Part shown: one piece after another, positions 26,762-40,808 of the stretch | How positions within the stretch are numbered: position 1 is the first letter of the stretch | Layout of the letters: each line of letters starts with the position of its first letter | NCBI GenBank assembly: GCA_038087875.1 | Contig: CM076001.1 | Location: 932,001 to 996,000, forward strand | Source: Malacoraja senta | Taxonomy: Eukaryota | DNA length: 64,000 nucleotides | Direction of reading: 5' to 3' | Translations under genes and position numbers: made by a program | The notes under the pieces: generated by a model | What the model saw: only the letters and a program-made list of their open reading frames with translations | Databases searched by the model: none | Told to the model about the DNA's origin: nothing

Positions 26762-27485
26762 CAGGGGTCGGCAACTTTGTTCTGCTTGGGGGCCGGGACG
26801 CATGTCTGTGAGCGGATGGCGGGCCACATCTATCACATGTACACATGGATCCCGCCCCCATCCAGCCCCGGATGGCAGGCATCAAATCACGTGTTCACAT
26901 AGATCCCGCCCCTTCGAGGGCGCTGGCCCCTAGTTACGGGAACTCACAAACATCGCGTACCTACGGACCATTGCCTTGGCTCAGTCCGTATCGGGTCGAG
27001 ACCCTTTTTCAGACTGATGTCAGAGCAGCGTCAGCCGCTTTTGAAGAAGGGTCTCGTCCCGAAACGTTGCCTGTTCCTTCACTCCATAGATGCTGCCTCA
27101 CCTGCTGATTTATCCAGCTTTGCGCAGGATGCGGTACACATGATGACTTCCGTCATCTCCGGTTCCTCCCGAGGCTGCGGTGCCCATGCGTGGTGATGCA
27201 AGGAGGCCTGCGCTGGCGGCCGCAATTGCCGAGCCACCATGGAGCGCTGCTCGGCGCTCCTCGGCACTGCTCGGCACTCCTCGGTGCTGGTCGGCGGCTC
27301 GGCCATTCCGGCTGCCAGCGCAGGCCTCCTTGCGTCATCGTGCCTGGGCACCACGGCCTCGGGCCCGGGAGGTACCGGAGATGACAGACGTCTGCGGGCC
27401 AGATAATTACTGGAAAAAAAATACGCCTGCGGGCCGGATGGTTTCGGGTTATGGGCTGCATTTGGCATGTGGTTGCCCACCCCTG
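26762..27485. mobile_element. non-autonomous hAT (Charlie/Buster-type) element
   Basis: 14-bp TIRs caggggt(c/g)ggcaac; perfect 8-bp TSD atttagat (26754-26761, 27486-27493) with central TA. Confidence 0.9.
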
Positions 27486-28440
27486 ATTTAGATGAAGGGA
27501 TTAAAAGTAACATTAGCAAATTTGCAGATGACACAAAGCTGGGCGGCAGTGTGAAATGTGAGAAGGATGCTATGAGGATGCAGGGTGACTTGGACAGGTT
27601 GGGTGAGTGGGCAGATGCATGGCAGATGCAGTTTAATGTGGATAAATGTGAGGTTATCCACTTTGGTGGCAAAAACAAGAAGGCAGATTATTATCTGAAT
27701 GGTGTCAAATTGGGAAAAGGGGAAGTACAACTAGATCTGGGGGTCCTTGTTCATCAGTCACTGAAAGTAAGCATGCAGCTACAGCAGGGAGTGAAGAAAG
27801 CGAATGGCATGTTGGTCATAACAAGAGGAGTTGGGTATAGGAGCAAAGAGGTCCTTCTGCAGTTGTACAGGGCCCAAGTGATACCACACCTGGAGTATTG
27901 TGTGCAGTTTTGGTCTCCAAATTTGAGGAAGGACATTCTTGCTATTGAGGGAGTGCAGAGTGGGTTCATGTGGTTAATTCCCGGGATGATGGGACTATAT
28001 GCATCATTCTATATATCATATAGAATGGAGTGGCTGGACGTATACTGGAATTTAGAAGGATGAGAGGGGATCTTATTGAAACATATAGGATTATTAAGGG
28101 TTTAGACACGCTAGAGGCAGGAAACATGTTCCCGACGTTGGAGGAGTCCAGAACCAGGGGCCACAGTTTAAGAGTAAGGGGTAAGCCATTTAGAACGGAG
28201 ATGAGGAAAAACTTTTTCACACAGAGGGTTGTGAATCTGTGGAGTTCTCTGAAGGCAGTGGAGGCCAATTCTCTGGATGCTTTCAAGGGATAGTTAGATA
28301 GAGCTCTTAAAGATAGCGGAGTCAGGGGATATGGCGAGAAGGCAGGAACGGGGTACTGATTGAGGATGATCAGCCATGATCATATTGAATGGCTCGAAGG
28401 GCCGAATGGCCTACTCCTGCACCATTGTCTATTGTCTATT
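27486..28440 (+). mobile_element. 5'-truncated CR1 LINE (RT C-terminal half and 3' tail)
   Basis: SKFADDTKL, HLEYCVQFW, TRGHSL motifs; tail ctcgaagggccgaatggcctactcctgc plus (tctattg)n. Confidence 0.93.
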
Positions 28441-29184
28441 GAATAGGTAAGCAGTTTCACCCAATTTACATTTACATTAAAGTAATTCTTTGCCTGTTCT
28501 AACTATATCAAATTTGAATCATACCCACACAGCACACTTGTACAACTGTCTGACCCTGGGATGTGAAAACATGTATTTGCATGTGATCTGAACCGTGTGG
28601 TTGAATCTTTTCAATAAACATTTTTGTAAATCTTTCCAATGGCAAAATGAGATAACATTTGATGAGATGTTTGTTTAGAATTGTAACTTTTTTTGCAAAA
28701 TATAGTTTTACTTTTTTGGTTCACTGGCAGATTCAGTCAGTTGTACATAAAACATAAAGCTACTCACTCTTCCCTTTGCGATAGTCCCTTTCACCTGTAG
28801 CTAGATTAACAGTACAAATGTAAGCTTATTAATACCATCATTTGACATCAGCAGGCTCAGCAATATTAAAGATAAACTCCAAATTTTACTCATAGTGAAA
28901 GTAATCACTTTGATATTTAGCATCACTTTGTATTTCAGCTCACATGTGGAAGCTACATGTACAAATAACAGATGATTAGCTCAGTAGCAAACATTTCCTT
29001 GTTTGTAGCACTCTACACCTGTAAGCTGGGACTTTCCTCTGCGACTGTTTCACCATGAAAACATTGTGTTGCAAACTTGCTGGAAACATTACAGCAGAAA
29101 CAGGGGTCAATGTGTTTTCGGGTCATTGCCACAGTAAATCATGTTGAAAACGTGGGCTGATCTAATCTCCCACCAGCTAGACAT

Positions 29185-29500
29185 TTACTTTAGTTTAATT
29201 TAGAGATACAGCGAGGAAACAGGCTCTTCGGCCCACCGAGTCAGTGCCGACCAGCGATCCCTGCACATTAACACTCTCCTACATACACTAGGGACAATTT
29301 ACACATACACCAAGCCAATTAACCTACATACTTGTACATCTTTGGAGTGTGGGAGGAAATCGAAGATCTCGTAGATAATCCACGCAGGTCATGGGGAGAA
29401 CAAATACGGTACAAACAGCACCCGTGGTCGGGAATGAACCCGGGTCTCTGGCGCTATAAGCACTGTAAAGCAGCAACTCTTCCGCTGCGCCACTGCGCCA
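29185..29500 (-). mobile_element. V-SINE
   Basis: reverse-strand tail, V-domain and tRNA head (ccgctgcgccac). Confidence 0.85.
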
Positions 29501-29719
29501 ACATGGTTAAAAATTCATTCATACATATGTGCAAAAGGGAACTTCTATGTACAGCTCACAATGACACAGGAGCAGTTTTACAAATATTCCCAGTGACAAT
29601 GTCCACCTTACATGTGCATTTACATTTCTGGAGGCTTAGAATTACTCTATATTTCCTGGAATCACGAGCTTGGCTGCAAAACGGCACTAAAATAAACAAA
29701 TTATTTATGGATGAAAATA

Positions 29720-29980
29720 AAAAGAACTGCAAGTGCTGGAAATCCAAAAGAAATAAAAACAACAAAAATGTTAGAAACACACAGCAGGTCAGGCAGCATC
29801 TGTGAAAAGTGAAACAGAGTTAACGTCTCACTTTGAGGACTCTTGTCAGAATTTAAAGTGGAACTAGAGTAACGGAAATAATACATAGACACAAAAATGC
29901 TGGAGTAACTCAGCGGATCAGGCAGTATCTCTGGACAGAAGGAATGGGTGACATTTCAGATCTAGACCCTTCTTCAGACA
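29720..29980 (-). mobile_element. two PLE-terminus repeats (older type 29720-29850; younger type 29885-29980)
   Basis: cagcaggtcaggcagcatctgtg...cagagttaacg; tagacacaaaaatgctggagtaactcagc...acccttcttcagac. Confidence 0.7.
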
Positions 29981-31559
29981 GAATGTTATTTCTTACACAA
30001 CAGAGAAATAATAATATACATCCACAGCTGGGAAATTAATGTACCCAAAATCTCAATCATTTTCTGATGCTTTTCTGTTACAGAAAAAGCATCATTTAAG
30101 TTATCTATTTTTTTTAGAATCATTACCACTGTGTCAAAAGTGCAATGTGTTTGCAATGTTCAAACATCACCATTACAATATAGAGGTGAAGGGTTAGCAG
30201 TAGACTGAGGACAAACACATTGGCTCCGATTACAAAGTGCATCTGTGCATTTTTCTTTAATTAAATCACTACGAACTTTTATTTGTTCTTTCCACCCACC
30301 CACCCCCAACCCCAATCAAATATATCCTGCAGAGTCTTTGCAGATTCAAGCAAAGATACTTCTTTCATAAAGTTCTGTTACCTCCACACTAAGTGGCTGA
30401 CTATTCATAGGCTTCCATTCAAGGTCTGTTCAGCAAAAAAAAAACAATGCCTCTGTGTCTTACTGACTGTTCTCCAACAAATCTTTCATTCATCTCTATA
30501 TCATGCAGCTGAGCTGTTTTTGCTCTGGCCAGCATTACAGACCTGTAATCAAACAAATGTACAAGGTACCTCAACTACTTAACTGCTGTGGTTGTTGCTA
30601 AGAATAAGATAACTAAGTGTAACAAAAAGCTGAACTTTATCCTTCCCAGGACGAGTACATTTCCTTCCTCTTGTTCTTAACAAAGAGCAGGAGGTATAAA
30701 TGGGTCGTTATCTGTGTCACTGTGAAGTGGAGAGCAATTTGTTTCTATTAAACAGGACGGTTTGATTTTTGATTTTTCTGACTTTTCGAGTCTGCAACCC
30801 GTGCCAATCGCAGCTTCAATCTGAACTGCCCTTGACCGAAGTTGCCATGTGGAAGAAGAATTCCCCTTTTCTTGTTCAAGTAATTGTGAGAATGCAGGGG
30901 AAAACCCTGGGGTATTCGATTAAAAACACAATCCTGTGGTTCTCAGAATTGTACAAAGAATAAACTTGAATGTGATATTGAGTTCTGTCAGACTGCACCT
31001 GCTGGTGATCCCTCTTCCTCTCTGGTTCACAGCAGGGTCATCGAATGCTTGACTATACCCCAGTGGCAGAAAGAGCTACTATGTTTTCAGCCTCCAGTAA
31101 GATTAGATCTACACTGTTTGACCTGCCTGATTTATTTTTTGTCTATGAAGAAATACAAAGGACCACGCCACAATCACTTAAATGGCTTTGCCAAAAATCC
31201 ATGGAGCAATAATTTACTTTTGTTTAGATTTTGATGGATTAACTTGATTATTAAATAACACGACGGTTGTATATATGGTTTTGTTATACAAGACATTATA
31301 CAATCCAAGTGCCCATTTTTCTGATGTTTGTATGGAAGATCGAGAAAAGATAGAATTTAAAATTAAACGGAATAAGGCAAAAATTCTATTATGCACCCCA
31401 ATATTTTTGTGTCTTAAGCAAGGAAGTTCAAGTTAAAACTAGATTCTGATGGCATTCATGTGGGCAGTAAAGCTTGCTAAGTCAGTCCTAGGTAACATGC
31501 TTAAGTATAAAGGATGGTGGATTACCATCATATGGACCACAATGGACCGCCATTTACCA

Positions 31560-31870
31560 CTCCTTGGCCCACTTACCCAGCTGATCAAGATCCTGCTGCA
31601 ATTGTTGATAATCTTCTTCACTGTCTACGATAGCACCCATTTTAGTGAGGTCTGCAAATTTACTATTCATGTCTTGTACATTCTCATCGAAATCGTTTAT
31701 ATAAAGGACAAACACCAATGGGCCCAGCACTCATTCCGGTGGCAGACTACCAGTCCGAAAAGCAACCTTCCAACATCACCCTCTGCTTCCTATGATCAAG
31801 TTAATTATGTATCCAATTTGCTAGCTCTCCCTGGATCCCATGCAAACTAACCTTTCCCCAAAGGACCTTA
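31560..31870 (-). mobile_element. CR1 RT fragment
   Basis: cccacttacccagctgatcaagatcc, tctgcaaattt (KFAD reverse), gggcccagcac. Confidence 0.65.
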
Positions 31871-32679
31871 TCAACATAATTCCCCAAGAATATCCTGCAT
31901 GAGCACTTTTGTTATGTCCTCTCTTGTCAAAAAGGCAACCCACTCTCTCTATTCCTCTCTTACCTGGATAGCTGTCATGTCTGTAGCATCAGTATTCTGG
32001 AACATTGAGACACCAGTCCTGCCGTTCTCTCGGCCATGTTTCTGTTATGGCTTTAATATCCCAGTCCCCCAAGCCAATCTATGCTCCGAGTTCATCCACC
32101 TTCCCTCCTAAGCCTCTTGCATTTAAATAAGCATCCTCTCATTACCAGTCTTGCGTGTGAATCCAGACCCGCAATTTTTAACCATCTTCAGAAGTACCTG
32201 ATCATAGTCTGTAATTGTAACAAATTGCTGCAATTAAACAAAATTGAATTAAAATCAGATGGACCACCTAGTATTGAACTTAGAATTCAGTTGTGATAAC
32301 TGGGGATTTATAATAGAATTGAAGTACATGTTAAGCAACTAACTGACAAAGACATGCTCATGTAGTCATATCTTTTACTTAAAAGTCCAGAGGTCCCAAG
32401 TCATTATCCCTCCACATCCCAGACCCACCAAAATGTGACAGCATAATGTTGTGTTAATACAAGAGACCTCGTCAATGAGTTTGAACCCTACAGATTCTCA
32501 GGCGTTAACACAAAATACAACCAGGGAAATCTCCTCCTGATTACTGTCCTCCCTCATCTAATGCATCGAGTTTATTGTCATGTGCTCAAATACAGTGAGG
32601 TACAGATACGATGAAAAGCTTGCTTGCAGCAGCATCCCAGGCACATAGACACACAAAGACAAATTATAAATAGTCTGAT

Positions 32680-33230
32680 AATAATCATAGTGTCTGTAAT
32701 AAGGTCAAACATCTTGGACATTTTATTACAGAACAAATGACAGACGATGAGGATATTTATAGGCAACGCCGTATGATGTATGCACAAGTCAACATTCTCT
32801 TACGCAAGTTTAGTGCATGTACAGATGGAGTGAAGCTATCTCTGTTCAGAGCATATTGTACACCACTATATTCAAACTACAGAAAAGTAAGCTTACAGAG
32901 ACTTAAAGTTGCTTATAATGATGCCATGAGAATATTACTTAACAGGCCTAGATGGTGTAGTGCAAGTGAAATGTTTGTGGCTGCAGGAATCAATACTTTA
33001 CAAACTGTCTTCAGAAATCTTATGTATAAATGTATTTGCCGGATTAATGATTCAGAAAATGAAATCATCTTGGCCTTATCAAACATAAGGTTTAGCACTA
33101 CACGCAACCAATCCCAGCTGTGGAGACATTGGTATAGTTGTCTCATTTTGGGACACGGAATTTTTATTCTTGATCTTAAACCATGTATTGTGCTTTTTGT
33201 ATGTAATTTATTGTGCTATTGTAAGTAATT
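32680..33230 (+). mobile_element. Crack/Daphne-like (L2/CR1 group) LINE RT C-terminus; its 3' tail lies at 36899-36955
   Basis: KHLGH...DDEDIYRQRRMMYAQVNILLRKF...KLSLFRAYCTPLY...LKVAYNDAMR; tail ggtccttgagtctgtaataaa(agta)n. Confidence 0.75.
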
Positions 33231-33291
33231 TACTGTGCTTTTGTATGTAATTTATTGTGCTTTTGTATGCAATTTGTATGCAATTTTGTAT

Positions 33292-35117
33292 GCAGGGGGA
33301 TGGGAGCATGAGCAGAGAGACCGAGGGGTGTAAAATGAGGGTAGAAGCAATAGGTAGCAAGGTGAAAAGTAAAAGTGGCAGGCAGACAAATCCAGGGCAA
33401 AAAACAAAAAGGGCCACTTTTCAACATAATTGTATAAGGGGTAAGAGTGTTGTAAAAACAAGCCTGAAGGCTTTGTGTCTCAATGCAAGGAGCATTCGTA
33501 ATAAGGTGGATGAGTTGAATGTGCAGATAGCTATTAATGAATATGATATAGTTGGGATCACGGAGACATGGCTCCAGGGTTAGCAAGGCTGGGAGCTGAA
33601 CATCCAGGGATATTCAATATTCAGGAGGGATAGACAGAAAGGAAAAGGAGGTGGGGTAGCGATGCTGGTTAGAGAGGACATTAACGCAATAGAAAGGAAG
33701 GACATTAGCTTGGAGGATGTGGAATCGATATGGGTAGAGCTGCGAAACACTAAGGGGCAGAAAACGCTAGTGGGAGTTGTGTACAGGCCACCTAACAGTA
33801 GTATTGGAGTTGGGGATGGCATCAAACAGGAAATTAGAAATGCGTGCAACAAAGGTAAAACAGTTATAATGGGTGACTTCAATCTATATATAGATTGGGT
33901 GAATCAAATTGGCAGGGGTGCTGAGGAAGAGGATTTCTTAGAATGTATGCGGGATAGTTTTCCAAACCAACATGTAGAGGAACCAACGAGAGAGCAGGCT
34001 ATTCTAGACTGGGTATTGAGTAATGAGGAAGGGTTAGTTAGCAGTCTTGTTGTGCGTGGCCCCTTGGGCAAGAGTGACCATAATATGGTTGAGTTTTTCA
34101 TTAGGATGGAGAGTGACATTGTTAATTCAGAAACAAGGGTTCTGAACTTAAAGAAAGGTAACTTTGAGGGTATGAGACGTGAATTGGCCAAGATAGACTG
34201 GCAATTGATTCTTAAAGGGTTGACGGTGGATATGCAATGGAAGGCATTTAAAGACTGCATGGATGAAATACAACAATTGTTCATCCCAGTTTGGCAAAAG
34301 AATAAATCAGGGAAGGATCCGTGGATAAGAAGGGAAATCAGGGATAGTATCAAAGCAAAAGATGAAGCATACAAATTAGCCAGAAAAAGCAGCCTACCAG
34401 AGGACTGGGAGAAATTCGGAGTCCAGCAGAGGGGGACAAAGGGCTTAATAATAAAAGGGAATATAGATTATGAAAGAAAACTGGCAGGGAACATAAAAAC
34501 TGACTGCAAAAGTTTTTATAGATATGTGAAGAGAAAAAGATTTGTTAAAACAAATGTAGGTCCCTTGCAGTCAGAAACAGGTGAATTAATCATGGGGAAC
34601 AAGGACATGGCAGACCAATTGAATAACTAATTTGGTTCTGTCTTCACTAAGGAAGACATAAATAATCTGCTGGAAATAGCAGGGGACCGGGGGTCGAATA
34701 AGATGGAGGAACTGAGTGAAATCCAGGTTAGCCGGGAAGTGGTGTTAGGTAAATTGAATGGATTAAAGGCCGATAAATCCCCAGGGCTAGATAGGCTGCA
34801 TCCCAGAGTACTTAAGGAAGTAGCCCCAGAAATAGTGGATGCATTAGTGATAATTTTTCAAAACTCTTTAGATTCTGGAGTAGTTCCTGAGGATTGGAGG
34901 GTAGCTAATGTAACCCCACTTTTTAAAAAGGGAGGGAGAGAGAAAAGGGGGAATTACAGACCGGTTAGTCTAACATCGGTAGTGGGGAAAATGCTAGAGT
35001 CAGTTATTAAAGATGGGATAGCAGCACATTTGGAAAGTGGTGAAATCATTGGACAAAGTCAGCATGGATTTATGAAAGGAAAATCATGTCTGACGAATCT
35101 TATAGAATTTTTCGAGG

Positions 35118-35148
<31 letters not shown>

Positions 35149-36898
35149 ATTTTATTTATGGGCGCCTTTCAAAAGTCTCAAGGACACCTTACAAAGTTTA
35201 ACAAATAGTGTAGAAACATGTAAGCGGAATGAAATAAATAGGAAAGACATCACCAGTACACAAATTAAAGATAGAATTCAATCCAAAAACAAAAATCAAA
35301 AACACAACATGGAAGAGAGAGCAGCGGCTGCTAAAGCGCACCAGCATCCACTTTCCCTTCCGACTGCCATCTTGGACATAGACTAACATATACACTACAC
35401 ATTACACACAAAATCATCCCCCCACAATGGTTACCACTGTGGGGGAAGGCACAATGTCCAGTCCCCAACCCCAGTTCACCCAAAGTCAGGCCTATTGAGG
35501 CCTCCACAGTTGCCTCTACGGAGGCCCGATGTTCTTGCCGGGTGCAGTTGTCCCGGCGTCGGGAGAGTCCTCACAGCGGCTGGGACGGCCGATTTCCTAC
35601 CGGAGTCCGTGGTACCTGAAGCCACTGGTTAGCAGCCGTTCCCCAAGATGTAACTAGTAGAGTGGATAAGGGAGAACCAGTGGATGTGTTATATCTGGAC
35701 TTTCAGAAGGCTTTCGACAAAGTCCCACATAAGAGATTAGTATGCAAACTTAAAGCACATGGTATTGGGGGATCACTGTTGATGTGGATAAAGAACTGGC
35801 TGGCAGACAGGAAGCAAAGAGTAGGAGTAAACAGGTCCTTTTCAGAATGGCAGGCAGTGACTAGTGGGGTACCGCTAGGCTCAGTGCTGGGACCCCAGCT
35901 ATTTACAATATATATTAATGATCTGGATGAGGGAATTGAATGCAACATCACCAAGTTTGCAGATGACACGAAGCTGGGGGGCAGTGTTAGCTGTGAGGAG
36001 GATGCTAGGAGGCTGCAAGGTGACTTGGATAGGTTGGGTGAGTGGGAAAATGCATGGCAGATGCAGTATAATGTGGATGAATGTGAGGTTATCCACTGGT
36101 GGCAAAAACAGGAAAGTAGACTATTATCTGAATGGTGGCCGATTAGGAAAAGGGGAGATGCAACGAGACCTGGGTGTCATGGTACACCAGTCATTGAAAG
36201 TGGGCATGCAGATGCAGCAGGCAGTGAAGAAAGCGAATGGTATGTTAGCATTCATAGCAAAATGATTTGAGTATAAGAGCAGGGAGGTTCTACTGCAGTT
36301 GTACAGGGTCTTGGCGAGACCACACCTGGAGTATTGCGTACAGTTTTGGTCTCCTAATCTGAGGAAAGTCATTTTTGCCATAGAGGGAGTACAGAGAAGG
36401 TTCACCAGATTGATTCCTGGGATGGCAGGACTTTCATGTAAAGAAAGACTGGATAGACTCGGCTTGTACTCGCTAGAATTTAGAAGATTGAGGGGGGATC
36501 TTATAGAAACGAACAAAATCTTAAGGGGTTGGACAGGCTAGATGCAGGAAGATTGTTCCCGATGTTGGGGAAGTCCAGAACAAGGGGTCACAGTTTAAGG
36601 ATAAGGGGGAAGTCTTTTAGGACTGAGATGAGAACAACATTTTTCACACAGAGAGTGGTGAATCTGTGGAATTCTCTGCCACAGAAGGTAGTTGAGGCCA
36701 GTTCATTGGCTATATTTAAGATAGAGTTAGATGTGGCCCTTGTGGCTAAAGGGATCAGGGGGTATGGAGAGAAGGCAGGTACAGGATACTGAGTTGGATG
36801 ATCAGCCATGATCATATTGAATGGCGGTGCAGGCTCGAAGGGCCGAATGGCCTACTCCTGCACCTATTTTCTATGTATGTATGTCTATGTTTCTATGT
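33292..36898 (+). mobile_element. CR1 LINE, near-complete ORF2 (APE endonuclease + RT), decayed
   Basis: LNARSIRNK, ITETWL, GDFN, SDHN, NYRPVSLTS, FADD motifs; stops at ~33581 and ~34628; (ctatgt)n tail. Confidence 0.95.
35120..35646 (-). mobile_element. non-coding retroposon with L2-type 3' end inserted into CR1
   Basis: reverse 3' end tgtaaggtgtccttgag...aaggcgcccataaataaaatg(tat)n; CR1 rejoins as gaggat|gtaact with gat duplicated. Confidence 0.8.
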
Positions 36899-37084
36899 AA
36901 TGTCTTGTCTTTTATCTGGTCCTTGAGTCTGTAATAAAAGTAAGTAAGTAAGTAATGCACCGTCAGTCTCTTCTAAACTATCAGCAAAGTGAGAAAAGAT
37001 TTGACGCACATCTTATCCTGAGGCATTTATTCCAATGTTATCTGTTCACTGAAGATGAGTGTAGGCTCCACTAGGTGCACTGTT

Positions 37085-37370
37085 AATTTAGTTTAGTTTC
37101 GAGATACAGCATGGAAACAGGCCCTATGGCTCACTGAGTCTATGCTGACCAGCAATCACCATACATTAGTTCTATCCTGCATACTAGGGAAGCTTTACAG
37201 AGGCCAATTAACCTACAAACATGCAATCTGAGAAGAAACCAGAGCTGCAGGCGAAAACCCACGTGGTCACAGGAAGAATGTATCAACTCCATACAGACAG
37301 CCCCCTTAGTCAGGATTGAACCTGGATCTCTGGCACTGTAAGGCAGCAACTCTACCACTGTACCACTGTT
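37085..37370 (-). mobile_element. V-SINE
   Basis: gatacagcatggaaacaggccc...gccaattaacc...aggcagcaactctacc. Confidence 0.85.
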
Positions 37371-39339
37371 GTGTCCTTTGGTTGCAGACGTTATTACAGA
37401 TTTGGTTTAAATACGACAAAATAAGACCTGTATTCCTGAAGTGCGATTAAAGTGAGTTCCCTTGACATCAGGATACATTTGGATGAGCCTGACATCAAGG
37501 AGCTCTAGAAAAAAGTAAAATCAAGGGAAACGACAGGAAACATTTTCACAGGCGAGAGTCATTCCTTGCAGGAAGGACAAGCGTTCTGTGGTTGGGCCAC
37601 ATAATAATAATAATAAAAAATAATGATTTTCCTCAAGGTCAAATGACCATAGCACATCCATCACAAATATCTAACCAAAATGAAGACTTTGAGCATAACA
37701 AGCCTGGTGGACGATTGCCCACTTTAAGTGAAGACATTGGAGGAGACTGCCTTTGTTCTTGGAGGAGGAAAGTTGGACTCTGAAGAGTCAGCTGTAGGCA
37801 GTTAAGAAACATAGCGAGTGAGAGAGGATTTCTGATTTAGGATAACACGTTCCAGCTCCATTGAACAGTGGTCACTTCCTCATGAAGAGGATAGATTATT
37901 GGACTGCTGCAATACCTTGCGAACCCTTTGGGATCTTCTAAGCCCCCAACAACTGCAACTTTTATTTATATAACTCCTTTAAACATTGCAGCAGATATCA
38001 CAAACGCCAGTAGCGCAAATTTGGCAGACAACTTATATTGCAATACAAAAAACGGATTAATGCACATCATGATCCCCATTTCCTTTATAGGATCCACCCA
38101 ATTTAACCAGTGTTCTGTTGATTGTTTCTTATGAATTGCCCATGGCTTGAGAATCTCATTTATAAAGTAAAACAGCATGGAAATTGTGATGTAATTAGCA
38201 TCCTGTATTTCTAAATTCACCTTCTGTATTGTTTACAATTGAAATGGTATCGTCTGTCTTACTGTTACATGTATCAGTTTCAATGATGAATAGGAATAAG
38301 CCTTGAAGCAATTCTTTCAACTCAAAGAGCTAAGTAAATACCTTCTTAGTATTAATATTCTAAAGCAGTAGTTCTTTTAAGACCACATCACACATTTTAT
38401 TTTCATTGTATCTTCTTCCCCAATCCCTATAAACTTCCTGTTCTTAGGTTTGTTTGAACGCTTCAAGTATAATTTACCTGTGCATTCCGCAGATTAGCTC
38501 TGATTTACAAACTATATCACTTAATTAACTATAAGAGTCACCTACAAATTAAGTTAAGTTAAATAAGAGTAAATAATAACTACACAATTCAACTCAATAA
38601 AATAGGATTTCATTTTCAAAGAGGATAGAGAAAATCAGCACATTTGAGTCTAATATGAAGCAAAGGTTACTTACAACGGCTAGATGGCACTGTTTCTCAA
38701 TGAACGTCACAGAGCACAATACATTCCCTTTTGGTTACCATGCAGCAAAATGTATATAGTTCTTGGCCATGAATAACATTAAGAAAATTGAAAATATGAC
38801 ATTCCAACTGTCATAAAAGAAACAAAAGAAGAAATTGCAGAATAATGTAGAAAAATATTATGACTTGATTAAGATACAATTATCCCATTCTTATACAGGT
38901 TAAAACAAATCAGTCAGGTGAACCAGTAAATGACAATGGTTTATTATTTAGATTAAAGTAACATTTTCTATCCTTCACCCAAGAGGATTTCAGAAGAAAG
39001 TCCATGTAGAGTAAATCAGCCAAACCGGGTATGAGTATATCTGACCAAAAGTTCTTTGTGTTTTCACTGAACATTTAACTGCACAATTCGCAACAGTAGT
39101 CATTGAAAAGTGATCAGGAGTTGGAAGCTAAATCAGTTTTTGCAGTTGAAAGCTGCAATAAAAGGTACGATTTGCCTTTAATACTTCTACAACAGATCAG
39201 ATATCATAGCAAATATTGAGCTTGGACTTTCTTTGCATTGCATAACACAAGTAACTTGCCACGATATGCTCCAATCCACTAAGCCACACCTATTGGCAAC
39301 AATATGTAGATTGGATCATTAGAATGGAAGAATATTCCA

Positions 39340-40255
39340 GCGTCTCTCTCAGATTTTCTCCAAAGTCCCTTCACAAATGTGTCTACCCACTGAACAACAA
39401 CTTTCAGGCCACCAAGTGCAAAGAGGGACTCCGCAGAGGGGCCGGCGAGAACAAAGAGAGACCCAGCGGGAGGGCTGCCGAGAGCAATGAGGGACCCTGC
39501 AGGGGGCATCAACTGACCAACTGTGCAGCACCACCCTCTGACAAAGTCCATGTGAGACTCTGAAAAACGTGGACCACTTCCCATATTCCCACCGATCTAA
39601 GAAGGCTGGCATTTGTGACAACACTCACCATCACTGTCTGTGCACCAACATCGGATTTTGCCATCTGAGGAAAAAATATATTTGAAGATCAAAACCTCAT
39701 GGTCCACTGTGGAGCAATGAATCCACCCTTCCAAGCTGCTTATACAACATGCACTATCTACAGCAGGCTAGTTAGAGCACTGGAGAGATGCAACTATCAT
39801 TGTGCTTTGAAAATCCTCTAAACTACTGACAGGATCAGCAAGCCAATGATGATATCTTCTGCCAGAAAAACAAACCCTGCACTGAGACCCTGATTATATT
39901 CAGTCAATCTAATGTGCAGGCTCCATTTCCCAGATGGGGGACATATGATTTATATAACAGGCTGTGTACGCCAAGCTTTGTTATGGAAAGAGGCCACAGA
40001 TGGACAGAGGAAGAGGTTCAAGGATGTTCTTATCTAACAAACTTTTGCGAATCCCTGACCCATAACTGTTCAACATTCAGGATTGCATAAAGTGCACATG
40101 GAAGAGTGGCACAAATGGCAGATGGAATGCATCACTTCTCTTAATACTCACCTGCCGCCCACTCCAACCCATTGAGTAGCTCCTGCCCCACTGAGGCAGG
40201 GTCCTCAGGTCCAATTAAGACACAAGAAATCAAAGATGCTGTCATCCTGAGCAAA
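39340..40255 (+). mobile_element. decayed RTE-clade LINE 3' region
   Basis: aacgtggaccacttcccatat (NVDHFPY) and ggacagaggaagaggttcaaggatgttctt (GQRKRFKDVL). Confidence 0.6.
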
Positions 40256-40808
40256 ACACTCGGCAGTTGGCGAGTGGAACTCAGCAAGCCAGGCAACATC
40301 TGTGGAGAGAATAGACAGAGGACATTTTGTTCTAATTCTTTGGACTGATGGTCTGTCCTCAGTGTGAAGAAGGGTCTAGCAGAAATTGGATAGTTCAAAT
40401 CATCCTCAGGACCGAAGCTTTCTTGGCCCACAAGATACCAGTACAATTTAAACCTGCTCTTCTCAACAAGTAAAATAGACATTTGTCCGTTCCCAAGCAG
40501 AGAAGATCATTCTTCAAAGGTAGGAGAGAGGAACCACTTACAATCTCCCAGGCCTGTCAAGTCAATCTCAGAATCAATTTTCAGCTTCAGTTTTGCCCCT
40601 GTCCACCTAGCGGTCACAGTTAAGTATCAGCTGCATTCTATGTCCATAAAGCTTGGTTTCTCATCGCTTGACCCATAAGTTCTATGCAAATTCTATCTTG
40701 CATTTAGCCACTAATATTTCTAACCAGCATGGACTAAGATTGACAACCTTTTATGTTTGCGTTTTATGTCAACATTTTATGTATGGGGACAGAAATCGTT
40801 ATGGGGAC

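Noticed and set aside
30680..30912. ~75-codon ATG-less minus-strand frame after a possible acceptor (ccag|gg)
   Set aside because: No recognisable protein and no partner exons; compatible with chance.
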